Positions 25,701 to 39,300 of a stretch of DNA of 64,000 bases are shown here, piece after piece (within the stretch, counting starts at the first letter, position 1; each line of letters begins with the position of its first letter). The translations under genes were made by a program, and so were the position numbers. This DNA comes from Antedon mediterranea (lineage: Eukaryota > Animalia > Echinodermata), in NCBI RefSeq assembly GCF_964355755.1, contig NC_092671.1:13268001-13332000 (forward strand). The letters run 5' to 3'. The notes beneath the pieces are model-generated. The model had not been told where the DNA came from, made no database searches, and saw nothing but the letters and a program-made list of their open reading frames with translations.

Positions 25701-27944
25701 GTGAAATGAGGTCTTTCAGTTATTTTGCCAATTTGTTTCTGAACAAGGTTGTTGGGAACGGAGATCAGTCTGTGGAAGTTTGATGGATACAGTAGTAGAG
25801 AACGAAGGAAGGTCAACTTACTGTATCGCATTCAAGATTAGAAATATTTCATTGAAGGACTTTGGCAGAGTTAGTTGTCATTTAACTGAAGAAGTTTATG
25901 AGATGTTTTAATATGAAGAAGTGTACAGTCAGTACTATAGACCTCCTGATGGTCAACATTTTGTGTTAATCACCATGTTGTTGTCATAAGCATATCATTT
26001 GTATATTTCAATCTAATTTTATTTAACAAGTTTTAATAAGAAATTTAACCCATTTAAAAAAAAAATGTTGTTTTATTTGATTTTATGTGATTTCAATCAA
26101 CTTGCACATGTTTTAATAAGAAATTTAATCCATTTTTAAAAAATGGCGGCCATTTTGAAATTCAAAATGTCAGAATACTAATGAATATAGGTTTATAATA
26201 ATTCTTATATAGCAGAGAACCCATATGAACTTAAAATATTATTCATAATGGGTGTTACTTTGTCCAATATTTATTGGATATTTTACGTATTGGCGGCCAT
26301 CTTGGATTTGACACCCTTAAGCTTTTTTAAAAAAAATGGCAACATATTTTTTTCATTACTTTACATCCTAAAGACACTAAATCAGCTGGAATTTTGCTTT
26401 TAACAAAAAAATGACACGAAATTACATAGTGGCCTACACTATTATTTGATAGATAAAAATACTATAAACGTCTTGTAAAAAGTCTACCAAAATCGGACAA
26501 CAGAAAATGTGTATTTAAAGTAGAAAAGTGTCGAACTTTGTTTTTTGTTTTCTTGCGCGATGTGTTCAACGGTTTACCTAATTAGCATAAAATTCCTTGT
26601 CCCTGATTGGTTAATATTCAGGTCATCTAGGTCACCACCTCTGTTTGGTCATCGTTTTTGTTGTGACGTACGTGTGGTTAACACATGGGGACATGCTGCT
26701 ATCGGGTCGGGGCCTACTGACAGAGCGTCGTCGTTAATACCGATTAACTGGTGTATGCCTCTCTCTCTAGCCTGATGTTGTGCGTGTAGACTAAACCAAA
26801 GGAAGCTTTTTTCTAGGCCTAGGCCAACTTTTTAGGTGCCAGCCAGAGATGCATTTCATATAGGATTGAATGTGATGAATCAATAAATAATAGCCTACTT
26901 ACTTACGTTATGGGCAGCCACTCACTCGCACTACATTATTAGCCTAGCTAGGCCTACACTACCACCGTTAGGCAAGTGGGAGACCTACTGTACACAGGTC
27001 AACATCTGAGACTGACTTTTATTTTAATTATATTAATAATTATATGTATATATAATTATTATTTATAAACATTTAAATATATAATTTATTATTAAATGTA
27101 TTTCCTATTTTATTAATCTGAAATAAATATTTTTTTATTACAGTATCTCTTTGGATAGCCTTTAAATAAATTGTAAGATAAATTAATTTTGTTAACCCAT
27201 GAATATTTTATTTTAATACTGTATAATTTAAGATCTAGCCCTATTATGAGTACTGTATACGACATTGGACAACAAATAACACAAATTACATAATACAAAA
27301 GTAATTTCTCAATATTTATTTTCATAAATACAGTAAATATATTATATTGCACACATCATTTCTTTTTACATGCATTTACATGTACTACTGTACTGTATAT
27401 GTATAAAATATTTCAGTCATGCAATGTGCATTTTAATAATGGCAGTACTGTAGTTTCATAAGATGTACACAAAAATCATTTACCCGAGCACTACTTATAA
27501 ATTAACATGCTGCAGCTGGTCAGTTGCATTATTTTTCCAGTAGCCATATAAAATACTAATCCAGTAAATAAACTCGACCCAGCCAGTTATTTATAATTTT
27601 TTGTTTTTAATATGTACACATATTTAGTCTGAACGTTAATATTTTCAACCAAATCTGATCATTCTCAAATACGTAGTACATGTACAAACTATTATAATAA
27701 TATCGAAAAGTTTGATAATAATGAATGTATTTTTTCGTGAAGTGGAGAGAATATTTCATTCATTTAAAGAATTTAAAGAATTTAACTCTCTGCCCTGTTA
27801 AATATAAGTCAATCATTCGGAAATATTAATATCTCTATTCAATTCATAAACATTAATTATTTATACACTTTACAATAAAGTATAACAGTCAACACTACAT
27901 CACCATAATAAAACTAAATAACTTGCCAATAGTTCACTGAAACC

Positions 27945-28319
27945 ATGGTCAAGGAACTGTTTTGATCATGCATGTATGTATCTTAAAATGTACAGCATAT
28001 TTTATGACCTTCACGTTTATGTAATTCTTATGGCAATTTGTATGGATACTGACCCCGCAACAGCATTGGGCTTCAATCCTCTTTGAATGCTCGCTGTATT
28101 CACACTATCTGCTCCTAAAATAGTAGTAAGAAAATTATAAAGTGAAAAACAAACTTTCATTTGTTATTTTAGTTCATTGAAGATGAAAATGTAATTGGAA
28201 CTTAATATATCTGTATAATTCCAGAGAAAAATGTAACTAAACATACCTTTCTGTCTGATTGATACAGATTTATAACTCTTCTCATCAATTGTTTCTCTGC
28301 AAATGATGCAGTACTGCAT
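27945..28319 (-). pseudogene. Spliced 5' remnant of the outer element's transposase gene
   Basis: Exon 28319-28247 MQYCIICRETIDEKSYKSVSIRQK(G), a GT-AG intron at 28246-28115, then GADSVNTASIQRGLKPNAVAG and, after a 1-nt frameshift, SIHTNCHKNYIN. CxxC...HxxC zinc-finger-like pattern. Confidence 0.6.
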
Positions 28320-30358
28320 TCTTTAATAGTAGTATAAGATATATAAGGTAAATGAAATAGATATCACAACAAATACATTAATAGAATATAATCTGTAGTT
28401 TACACAGAGGAAATGTATATCGCATAGGCCTACAGGTTTGATAAAAAATAAAGTATTGCAGTACTTAGACTTAGAGGCCTAGCCTCTACTATACTATTTA
28501 AGTATAATTACTAGGCCTAGGCCTACATAAGTTATAATTAACTAGGCCTAGCTACTAAAAAAGGCTGGCTACTCTTATATTAATTATATAAACATTCCGG
28601 GGTTAAGATTTTAGTGCATAGCTGTGCCTACTACCTAGGCATAGGCCTATACTGTATATCTATTATATCTAGACCATGGCCCAGTCGTCGGGTAGCGGCT
28701 GCCTGACCTTTTATTAGACAGTATAGGATAGCCTAGCTAGGCTTACATACCTAGGCCTAGGCCTAGCTTAATTCCTAAAAAAAATGAAGAGCGGTTAGGC
28801 CCTAGGCCTATATAATAATATCCGAATTTTGTCTTTTTACGCCTAGGCCTAGTCAGAGTAGGCTGAAATGACAAAATAAATATTTTAAGATCGCTTTTAG
28901 TATCATCCCCTAGGCCTATATAATATCGGCGGTCTTCCTCCATTCGTCTCAGTCTACGTGTCTGTACTGCTGCTGTAGGTGGTCCGGTACCAAAGAATAT
29001 ATATTATTTGGTTGTACGGCGAGCGGAGGAGGCCTACATCAGTACACGCAAATTAGCGTGACGTAACGTTTTTCAACAACATCGCGAGTAGATCCCCGCT
29101 CCCTATGTTATATCGCTCTTTTCGTATCTACTAAGACTAATTTACATTGCCGCATTCGCTTAAATAGTTAATGTAAGATTAAATGTTGCTTTTAAAATAA
29201 TGAAATATGAAAAAAAAAATGTATAAATTACCTGATTACAAGATTTAAAGTCATACTTGTTGGGGAATATCAGATTTTCCGTCGTAACAACAACAACACG
29301 GCACAAAACTTATTCGACCAATCAGAGACAACAATTTCTAACAATATTACTACGCCGAATACGAACATATTTTAATGAAATAGTGCTATGATTTATTGTC
29401 TTTTTATCACCTTTCCAGTTGTCCGATTTTGGTAGACTTTTTGTATGTTTTTTATCGTAAAATTAACTTTAAGTTGAGTAAAAAAAATCTTTTGTTGCAA
29501 TTTTGTCTACTTTTGGGAGTAGAAACTGTAGATTGACTGGACTAATATAATTAATACACCTATTAAAATTTAAAAAATATAAATTCGATTTCTGTATTGT
29601 GTCTGTGTTTGGTAGAGCATGTAAAGTGTTATGTTTTTCTATATCCAACCAAGAAGTATTTAATAGAGAGATAAATATATACTAAATTACTAAAACACTG
29701 TGTAAACGGTCATTTATTTATTTGATCTTGGCCAACCACGGTAAAATATGCATATGGTTTTAAATTATTTTTTTTTGTTCAAAGTTAAAAATTCACATAA
29801 CAAAAATAAAAATTAGTTAAAAGGGTTAACATTTTGTAAAATAAAACACATCATTTAAAATACAGATAAAATACATAGTTTAAAATACAAAATACAAGCA
29901 AGATTGGTGTGTGTGTGAGGGTATAGCATAAAATGATCATCAACGTTAGGTCATAATACTTCAAACGCCATGTAGAACGTTATTAAAATAAAAAGTTATC
30001 AAGTGTATGCTACAGTAATATTTAGCTATGTTAAATATTACTAGATGACATGTTATTACGTTACAATATTATTTCAACACATATATTGACTTTAGATCAT
30101 GTTATTAATATGTACTTGCTGACATTATAACTCACTGACATTATAACTCACTGAATATAAATCAGTATGACCATGGAAGTATGACAATACCGTTAATAGG
30201 CTACATGGCCATTAATATGTATAATCATTAGACTTATTTCCTGGCATAATATTGTTATTTTCATTTACAATAATCCCGATACAGATTATTATTATTATTA
30301 TTATGTTTATATTATAATATTTTTGAAACCCTAAAACAGTACAATTTAATAATTTCAG

Positions 30359-33300
30359 AGGATATTACAACTGCCGAAGAAGAAACAACGGAAAATTCGA
30401 CAACTTTGTTTATTACCTCAACAACAGATATAACAACACAAACATCAACGACATTGTTTGACTCAACAACAGGTGTGGATATAACAACACAGCAAGATTC
30501 CACAACAGATGACGTAACTACTGATGAAGGTATAACAACACAAACTTCAACCACTTTGTTTGACTCAACAACAGGTTTGGATATAACAACACAGCAAGAT
30601 TCTACAACAGTTGACGTTACTACTGATGAAGGTATAACAACACAAGCCTCAACCACATTGTTTGACTCAACAACAGGTTTAGATATAACAACACAGCAAG
30701 ATTCTACAACAGTTGACGTAACTACTGATGAAGTACAAGCTTCAACCACATTGTTTGACTCAACAACAGGTTTGGATATAACAACACAGCAAGATTCTAC
30801 AACAGTTGACGTAACTACTGATGAAGGTATAACAACACAAGCTTCAACCACATTGTTTGACTCAACAACTGGTTTGGATATAACAACACAACAAGATTCT
30901 AAAACAGTTGACGTAACTACTGATGAAGGTATAACAACTCAAGCCTCAACCACTTTGTTTGACTCAACAACAGGTGTGGATATAACAAGACAGAAAGGTT
31001 CTACAACAGTTGACGTTACTACTGATGAAGGTATAACAACACAAGCTTCAACCACTTTGTTTGACTCAACAACAGGTTTGGATATAACAACACAGCAAGA
31101 TTCCACAACAGATGACGTAACTACTGATGAAGGTCAAACAACACAAGCTTCAACGACTTTTTTTGACTCAACAACAGGTTTGGATAAAACAACACAGCAA
31201 GATTCTACAACAGTTGACGTAACTACTGATGAAGGTATAACAACACAAGCTTCAACCACTTTGTTTGACTCAACAACAGGTGTGGATATAACAACACAGC
31301 AAGATTCTACAACAGTTGACGTAACTACTGATGGAGTACAAGCTTCAACCACATTGTTTGACTCAACAACAGGTTTGGATATAACAACACAGCAAGAATC
31401 TACAACAGTTGACGTAACTACCGATGAAGGTATAACAACACAAGCTTCAACCACATTGTTTGACTCAACAACTGGTTTGGATATAAAAACACAGCAAGAT
31501 TCTACAACAGTTGACGTAACTACTGATAAAGGTATAACAACTCAAGCCTCAACCACATTGTTTGACTCAACAACTGGTTTGGATATAACACCACAGCAAG
31601 ATTCTACAACAGTTGACGTAACTACTGATGAAGGTATAACAACTCAAGCCTCAACCACTTTGTTTGACTCAACAACAGGTGTGGATATAACAACACAGCA
31701 ACAATCTACAACGGTTGACGTTACTACTGATGAAGGTATAACAACACAAGCTTCAACCACTTTGTTTGACTCAACAACAGGTGTGGATATAACAACACAG
31801 CAAGATTCCACAACAGTTGACGTTACTACTGATGAAGGTATAACAACACAAGCTTCAACCACTTTGTTTGACTCAACAACAGGTTTGGATATAACAACAC
31901 AGAAAGATTCTACAACATTTGACGTTACTACTGATGAAGGTATAACAACACAAGCTTCAACCACTTTGTTTGACTCAACAACAGGTGTGGATATAACAAC
32001 ACAGCAAGATTCTACAACAGTTGACGTAACTACTGATGAAGTACAAGCTTCAACCACATTGTTTGACTCAACAACAGGTTTGGATATAACAACACAGCAA
32101 GATTCTACAACAGTTGACGTAACTACTGATGAAGGTATAACAACACAAGCTTCAACTACATTGTTTGACTCAACAACTGGTTTGGATATAACAACACAGC
32201 AAGATTCTACAACAGTTGACGTAACTACTGATGAAGGTATAACAACTCAAGCCTCAACCACATTGTTTGACTCAACAACTGGTTTGGATATAACAACACA
32301 GCAAGATTCTACAACAGTTGACGTAACTACTGATGAAGGTATAAGAACTCAAGACTCAACCACTTTGTTTGACTCAACAACAGGTGTGGATATAACAACA
32401 CAGCAAGAATCTACAACAGTTGACGTTACTACTGATGAAGGTATAACAACACAAGCTTCAACCACTTTGTTTGACTCAACAACAGGTGTGGATATAACAA
32501 CACAGCAAGATTCTACAACAGTTGACGTTACTACTGATAAAGGTATAACAACACAAGATTCAACCACTTTGTTTGACTCAACAACAGGTTTGGATATAAC
32601 AAAACAGAAAGATTCTACAACATTTGACGTTACTACTGATGAAGGTATAACAACTCAAGCCTCAACCACATTGTTTGACTCAACAACTGGTTTGGATATA
32701 ACACCACAGCAAGATTCTACAACAGTTGACGTAACTACTGATGAAGGTATAACAACTCAAGCCTCAACCACTTTGTTTGACTCAACAACAGGTGTGGATA
32801 TAACAACACAGCAACAATCTACAACGGTTGACGTTACTACTGATGAAGGTATAACAACACAAGCTTCAACCACTTTGTTTGACTCAACAACAGGTGTGGA
32901 TATAACAACACAGCAAGATTCCACAGTAGTTGACGTTACTACTGATGAAGGTATAACAACACATGCTTCAACCACTTTGTTTGACTCAACAACAGGTTTG
33001 GATATAACAACACAGAAAGATTCTACAACATTTGACGTTACTACTGATGAAGGTATAACAACACAAGCTTCAACCACTTTGTTTGACTCAACAACAGGTG
33101 TGGATATAACAACACAGCAAGATTCTACAACAGTTGACGTAACTACTGATGAAGTACAAGCTTCAACCACATTGTTTGACTCAACAACAGGTTTGGATAT
33201 AACAATACAGCAAGATTCTACAACAGTTGACGTAACTACTGATGAAGGTATAACAACACAAGCTTCAACTACATTGTTTGACTCAACAACTGGTTTGGAT

Positions 33301-36300
33301 ATAACAACACAGCAAGATTCTACAACAGTTGACGTAACTACTGATGAAGGTATAACAACTCAAGCCTCAACCACATTGTTTGACTCAACAACTGGTTTGG
33401 ATATAACAACACAGCAAGATTCTACAACAGTTGACGTAACTACTGATGAAGGTATAACAACTCAAGCCTCAACCACTTTGTTTGACTCAACAACAGGTGT
33501 GGATATAACAACACAGCAAGAATCTACAACAGTTGACGTTACTACTGATGAAGGTATAACAACACAAGCTTCAACCACTTTGTTTGACTCAACAACAGGT
33601 GTGGATATAACAACACAGCAAGATTCTACAACAGTTGACGTTACTACTGATAAAGGTATAACAACACAAGATTCAACCACTTTGTTTGACTCAACAACAG
33701 GTTTGGATATAACAACACAGAAAGATTCAACAACATTTGACGTTACTACTGATGAAGGTATAACAACTCAAGCCTCAACCACATTGTTTGACTCAACAAC
33801 TGGTTTGGATATAACACCACAGCAAGATTCTACAACAGTTGACGTAACTACTGATGAAGGTATAACAACTCAAGCCTCAACCACTTTGTTTGACTCAACA
33901 ACAGGTGTGGATATAACAACACAGCAACAATCTACAACGGTTGACGTTACTACTGATGAAGGTATAACAACACAAGCTTCAACCACTTTGTTTGACTCAA
34001 CAACAGGTGTGGATATAACAACACAGCAAGATTCCACAACAGTTGACGTTACTACTGATGAAGGTATAACAACACATGCTTCAACCACTTTGTTTGACTC
34101 AACAACAGGTTTGGATATAACAACACAGAAAGATTCTACAACATTTGACGTTACTACTGATGAAGGTATAACAACACAAGCTTCAACCACTTTGTTTGAC
34201 TCAACAACAGGTGTGGATATAACAACACAGCAAGATTCTACAACAGTTGACGTAACTACTGATGAAGTACAAGCTTCAACCACATTGTTTGACTCAACAA
34301 CAGGTTTGGATATAACAACACAGCAAGATTCTACAACGGTTGACGTAACTACTGATGAAGGTATAACAACACAAGCTTCAACTACATTGTTTGACTCAAC
34401 AACTGGTTTGGATATAACAACACAGCAAGATTCTACAACAGTTGACGTAACTACTGATGAAGGTATAACAACTCAAGCTTCAACCACATTGTTTGACTCA
34501 ACAACAGGTTTGGATATAACAACACAGCAAGATTCTACAACGGTTGACGTAACTACTGATGAAGGTATAACAACACAAGCTTCAACTACATTGTTTGACT
34601 CAACAACTGGTTTGGATATAACAACAGAGCAAGATTCTACAACAGTTGACGTAACTACTGATGAAGGTTTAACAACTCAAGCCTCAACGACTTTGTTTGA
34701 CTCAACAACAGGTGTGGATATAACAACACAGCAAGAATCTACAACAGTTGACGTTACTACTGATGAAGGTATAACAACACAAGCTTCAACCACTTTGTTT
34801 GACTCAACAACAGGTGTGGATATAACAACACAGCAAGATTCTACAACAGTTGACGTTACTACTGATGAAGGTATAACAACACAAGCTTCAACCACTTTGT
34901 TTGACTCAACAACAGGTTTGGATATAACAACACAGAAAGATTCTACAACATTTGACGTTACTACTGATGAAGGTATAACAACACAAGCTTCAACCACTTT
35001 GTTTGACTCAACAACAGGTGTGGATATAACAACACAGCAAGATTCTACAACAGTTGACGTAACTACTGATGAAGTACAAGCTTCAACCACATTGTTTGAC
35101 TCAACAACAGGTTTGGATATAACAACACAGCAAGATTCTACAACAGTTGACGTAACTACTGATGAAGGTATAACAACTCAAGCCTCAACCACTTTGTTTG
35201 ACTCAACAACAGGTGTGGATATAACAACACAGCAAGAATCTACAACAGTTGACGTTACTACTGATGAAGGTATAACAACACAAGCTTCAACCACTTTGTT
35301 TGACTCAACAACAGGTGTGGATATAACAACACAGCAAGATTCTACAACAGTTGACGTAACTACTGATGAAGTACAAGCTTCAACCACATTGTTTGACTCA
35401 ACAACAGGTTTGGATATAACAACACAGCAAGATTCTACAACAGTTGACGTAACTACTGATGAAGGTATAACAACACAAGCTTCAACTACATTGTTTGACT
35501 CAACAACTGGTTTGGATATAACAACACAGCAAGATTCTACAACAGTTGACGTAACTACTGATGAAGGTATAACAACTCAAGCCTCAACCACATTGTTTGA
35601 CTCAACAACTGGTTTGGATATAACAACACAGCAAGATTCTACAACAGTTGACGTAACTACAGATGAAGGTATAACAACACAAGCTTCAACTACATTGTTT
35701 GACTCAACAACTGGTTTGGATATAACAACACAGCAAGATTCTACAACAGTTGACGTTACTACTGATGAAGGTATAACAACACAAGCTTCAACCACTTTGT
35801 TTGACTCAACAACAGATGTGGATATAACAACACAGCAAGATTCTACAACAGTTGACGTAACTACTGATGAAGTACAAGCTTCAACCACATTGTTTGACTC
35901 AACAACAGGTTTGGATATAACAACACAGCAGGAATCTACAACAGTTGACGTTACTACTGATGAAGGTATAACAACACAAGCTTCAACCACTTTGTTTGAC
36001 TCAACAACAGGTGTGGATATAACAACACAGCAAGATTCTACAACAGTTGACGTTACTACTGATGAAGGTATAACAACACAAGCTTCAACCACTTTGTTTG
36101 ACTCAACAACAGGTTTGGATATAACAACACAGAAAGATTCTACAACATTTGACGTTACTACTGATGAAGGTATAACAACACAAGCTTCAACCACTTTGTT
36201 TGACTCAACAACAGGTGTGGATATAACAACACAGCAAGATTCTACAACAGTTGACGTAACTACTGATGAAGTACAAGCTTCAACCACATTGTTTGACTCA

Positions 36301-39300
36301 ACAACAGGTTTGGATATAACAACACAGCAAGATTCTACAACAGTTGACGTAACTACTGATGAAGGTATAACAACTCAAGCCTCAACCACTTTGTTTGACT
36401 CAACAACAGGTGTGGATATAACAACACAGCAAGAATCTACAACAGTTGACGTAACTACTGATGAAGGTATAACAACACAAGCTTCAACTACATTGTTTGA
36501 CTCAACAACTGGTTTGGATATAACAACACAGCAAGATTCTACAACAGTTGACGTTACTACTGATGAAGGTATAACAACACAAGCTTCAACCACTTTGTTT
36601 GACTCAACAACAGATGTGGATATAACAACACAGCAAGATTCTACAACAGTTGACGTAACTACTGATGAAGTACAAGCTTCAACCACATTGTTTGACTCAA
36701 CAACAGGTTTGGATATAACAACACAGCAGGAATCTACAACAGTTGACGTTACTACTGATGAAGGTATAACAACACAAGCTTCAACCACTTTGTTTGACTC
36801 AACAACAGGTGTGGATATAACAACACAGCAAGATTCTACAACAGTTGACGTTACTACTGATGAAGGTATAACAACACAAGCTTCAACCACTTTGTTTGAC
36901 TCAACAACAGGTTTGGATATAACAACACAGAAAGATTCTACAACATTTGACGTTACTACTGATGAAGGTATAACAACACAAGCTTCAACCACTTTGTTTG
37001 ACTCAACAACAGGTGTGGATATAACAACACAGCAAGATTCTACAACAGTTGACGTAACTACTGATGAAGTACAAGCTTCAACCACATTGTTTGACTCAAC
37101 AACAGGTTTGGATATAACAACACAGCAAGATTCTACAACAGTTGACGTAACTACTGATGAAGGTATAACAACTCAAGCCTCAACCACTTTGTTTGACTCA
37201 ACAACAGGTGTGGATATAACAACACAGCAAGAATCTACAACAGTTGACGTTACTACTGATGAAGGTATAACAACTCAAGCTTCAACCACTTTGTTTGACT
37301 CAACAACAGGTGTGGATATAACAACACAGCAAGATTCTACAACAGTTGACGTTACTACTGATGAAGATATAACAACACAAGCTTCAACCACTTTGTTTGA
37401 CTCAACAACAGGTTTGGATATAACAACACAGAAAGATTCTACAACATTTGACGTTACTACTGATGAAGGTATAACAACACAAGCTTCAACGACTTTGTTT
37501 GACTCAACAACAGGTGTGGATATAACAACACAGCAAGATTCTACAACAGTTGACGTAACTACTGATGAAGTACAAGCTTCAACCACATTGTTTGACTCAA
37601 CAACAGGTTTGGATATAACAACACAGCAAGATTCTACAACAGTTGACGTAACTACTGATGAAGGTATAACAACACAAGCTTCAACTACATTGTTTGACTC
37701 AACAACTGGTTTGGATATAACAACACAGCAAGATTCTACAACAGTTGACGTAACTACTGATGAAGGTATAACAACTCAAGCTTCAACCACATTGTTTGAC
37801 TCAACAACAGGTTTGGATATAACAACACAGCAAGATTCTACAACAGTTGACGTAACTACTGATGAAGGTATAACAACTCAAGCCTCAACCACTTTGTTTG
37901 ACTCAACAACAGGTGTGGATATAACAACACAGCAAGAATCTACAACAGTTGACGTTACTACTGATGAAGGTATAACAACACAAGCTACAACCACTTTGTT
38001 TGACTCAACAACAGGTGTGGATATAACAACACAGCAAGATTCTACAACAGTTGACGTTACTACTGATGAAGATATAACAACACAAGCTTCAACCACTTTG
38101 TTTGACTCAACAACAGGTTTGGATATAACAACACAGAAAGATTCTACAACATTTGACGTTACTACTGATGAAGGTATAACAACACAAGCTTCAACGACTT
38201 TGTTTGACTCAACAACAGGTGTGGATATAACAACACAGCAAGATTCTACAACAGTTGACGTAACTACTGATGAAGTACAAGCTTCAACCACATTGTTTGA
38301 CTCAACAACAGGTTTGGATATAACAACACAGCAAGATTCTACAACAGTTGACGTAACTACTGATGAAGGTATAACAACACAAGCTTCAACTACATTGTTT
38401 GACTCAACAACTGGTTTGGATATAACAACACAGCAAGATTCTACAACAGTTGACGTAACTACTGATGAAGGTATAACAACTCAAGCCTCAACCACATTGT
38501 TTGACTCAACAACTGGTTTGGATATAACAACACAGCAAGATTCTACAACAGTTGACGTAACTACTGATGAAGGTATAACAACTCAAGCCTCAACCACTTT
38601 GTTTGACTCAACAACAGGTGTGGATATAACAACACAGCAAGAATCTACAACAGTTGACGTTACTACTGATGAAGGTATAACAACACAAGCTTCAACCACT
38701 TTGTTTGACTCAACAACAGGTGTGGATATAACAACACAGCAAGATTCTACAACAGTTGACGTTACTACTGATGAAGGTATAACAACACAAGCTTCAACCA
38801 CTTTGTTTGACTCAACAACAGGTTTGGATATAACAACACAGAAAGATTCTACAACATTTGACGTTACTACTGATGAAGGTATAACAACAAAAGCTTCAAC
38901 CACATTGTTTGACTCAACAAGAGGTTTAGATATAACAACACAGCAAGATTCTACAACAGTTGACGTTACTACTGATGAAGGTATAACAACACAAGCCTCA
39001 ACCACATTGTTTGATTCAACAAATGGTGTGGATATAACAACACAGCAAGAATCTACAACAGTTGACGTTACTACTGATGAAGGTATAACAACACAAGCTT
39101 CAACCACATTGTTTGACTCAACAACAGGTTTAGATATAACAACACAGCAAGATTCTACAACAGTTGACGTAACTACTGATGAAGTACAAGCTTCAACCAC
39201 ATTGTTTGACTCAACAACAGATTTGGATATAACAACACAGCAAGATTCTACAACAGTTGACGTAACTACTGATGAAGTACAAGCTTCAACCACATTGTTT

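Larger units (their letters stand above)
22975..26441 (+). mobile_element. Inner Academ-like DNA transposon inserted in the left TIR of the outer element
   Basis: Termini TAGTGTAGGC and GCCTACACTA, 3-bp TSD TTA, and ~160-bp imperfect TIRs containing TTTTTTGTTAAAAGCAAA, AAAATATGTTGCCATTTTTT and CAAGATGGCCGCCAA. Confidence 0.85.
22914..29544 (-). mobile_element. Outer Academ-like DNA transposon (defective)
   Basis: Perfect 17-bp termini TAGTCCAGTCAATCTAC and GTAGATTGACTGGACTA, with 3-bp TSD ATA. The inverted similarity continues (GACAAAATTGCAA; AAAAAGTCTACCAAAATCGGACAAC at 26477 vs ~29418-29442) once the inner insertion is removed. Confidence 0.82.
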
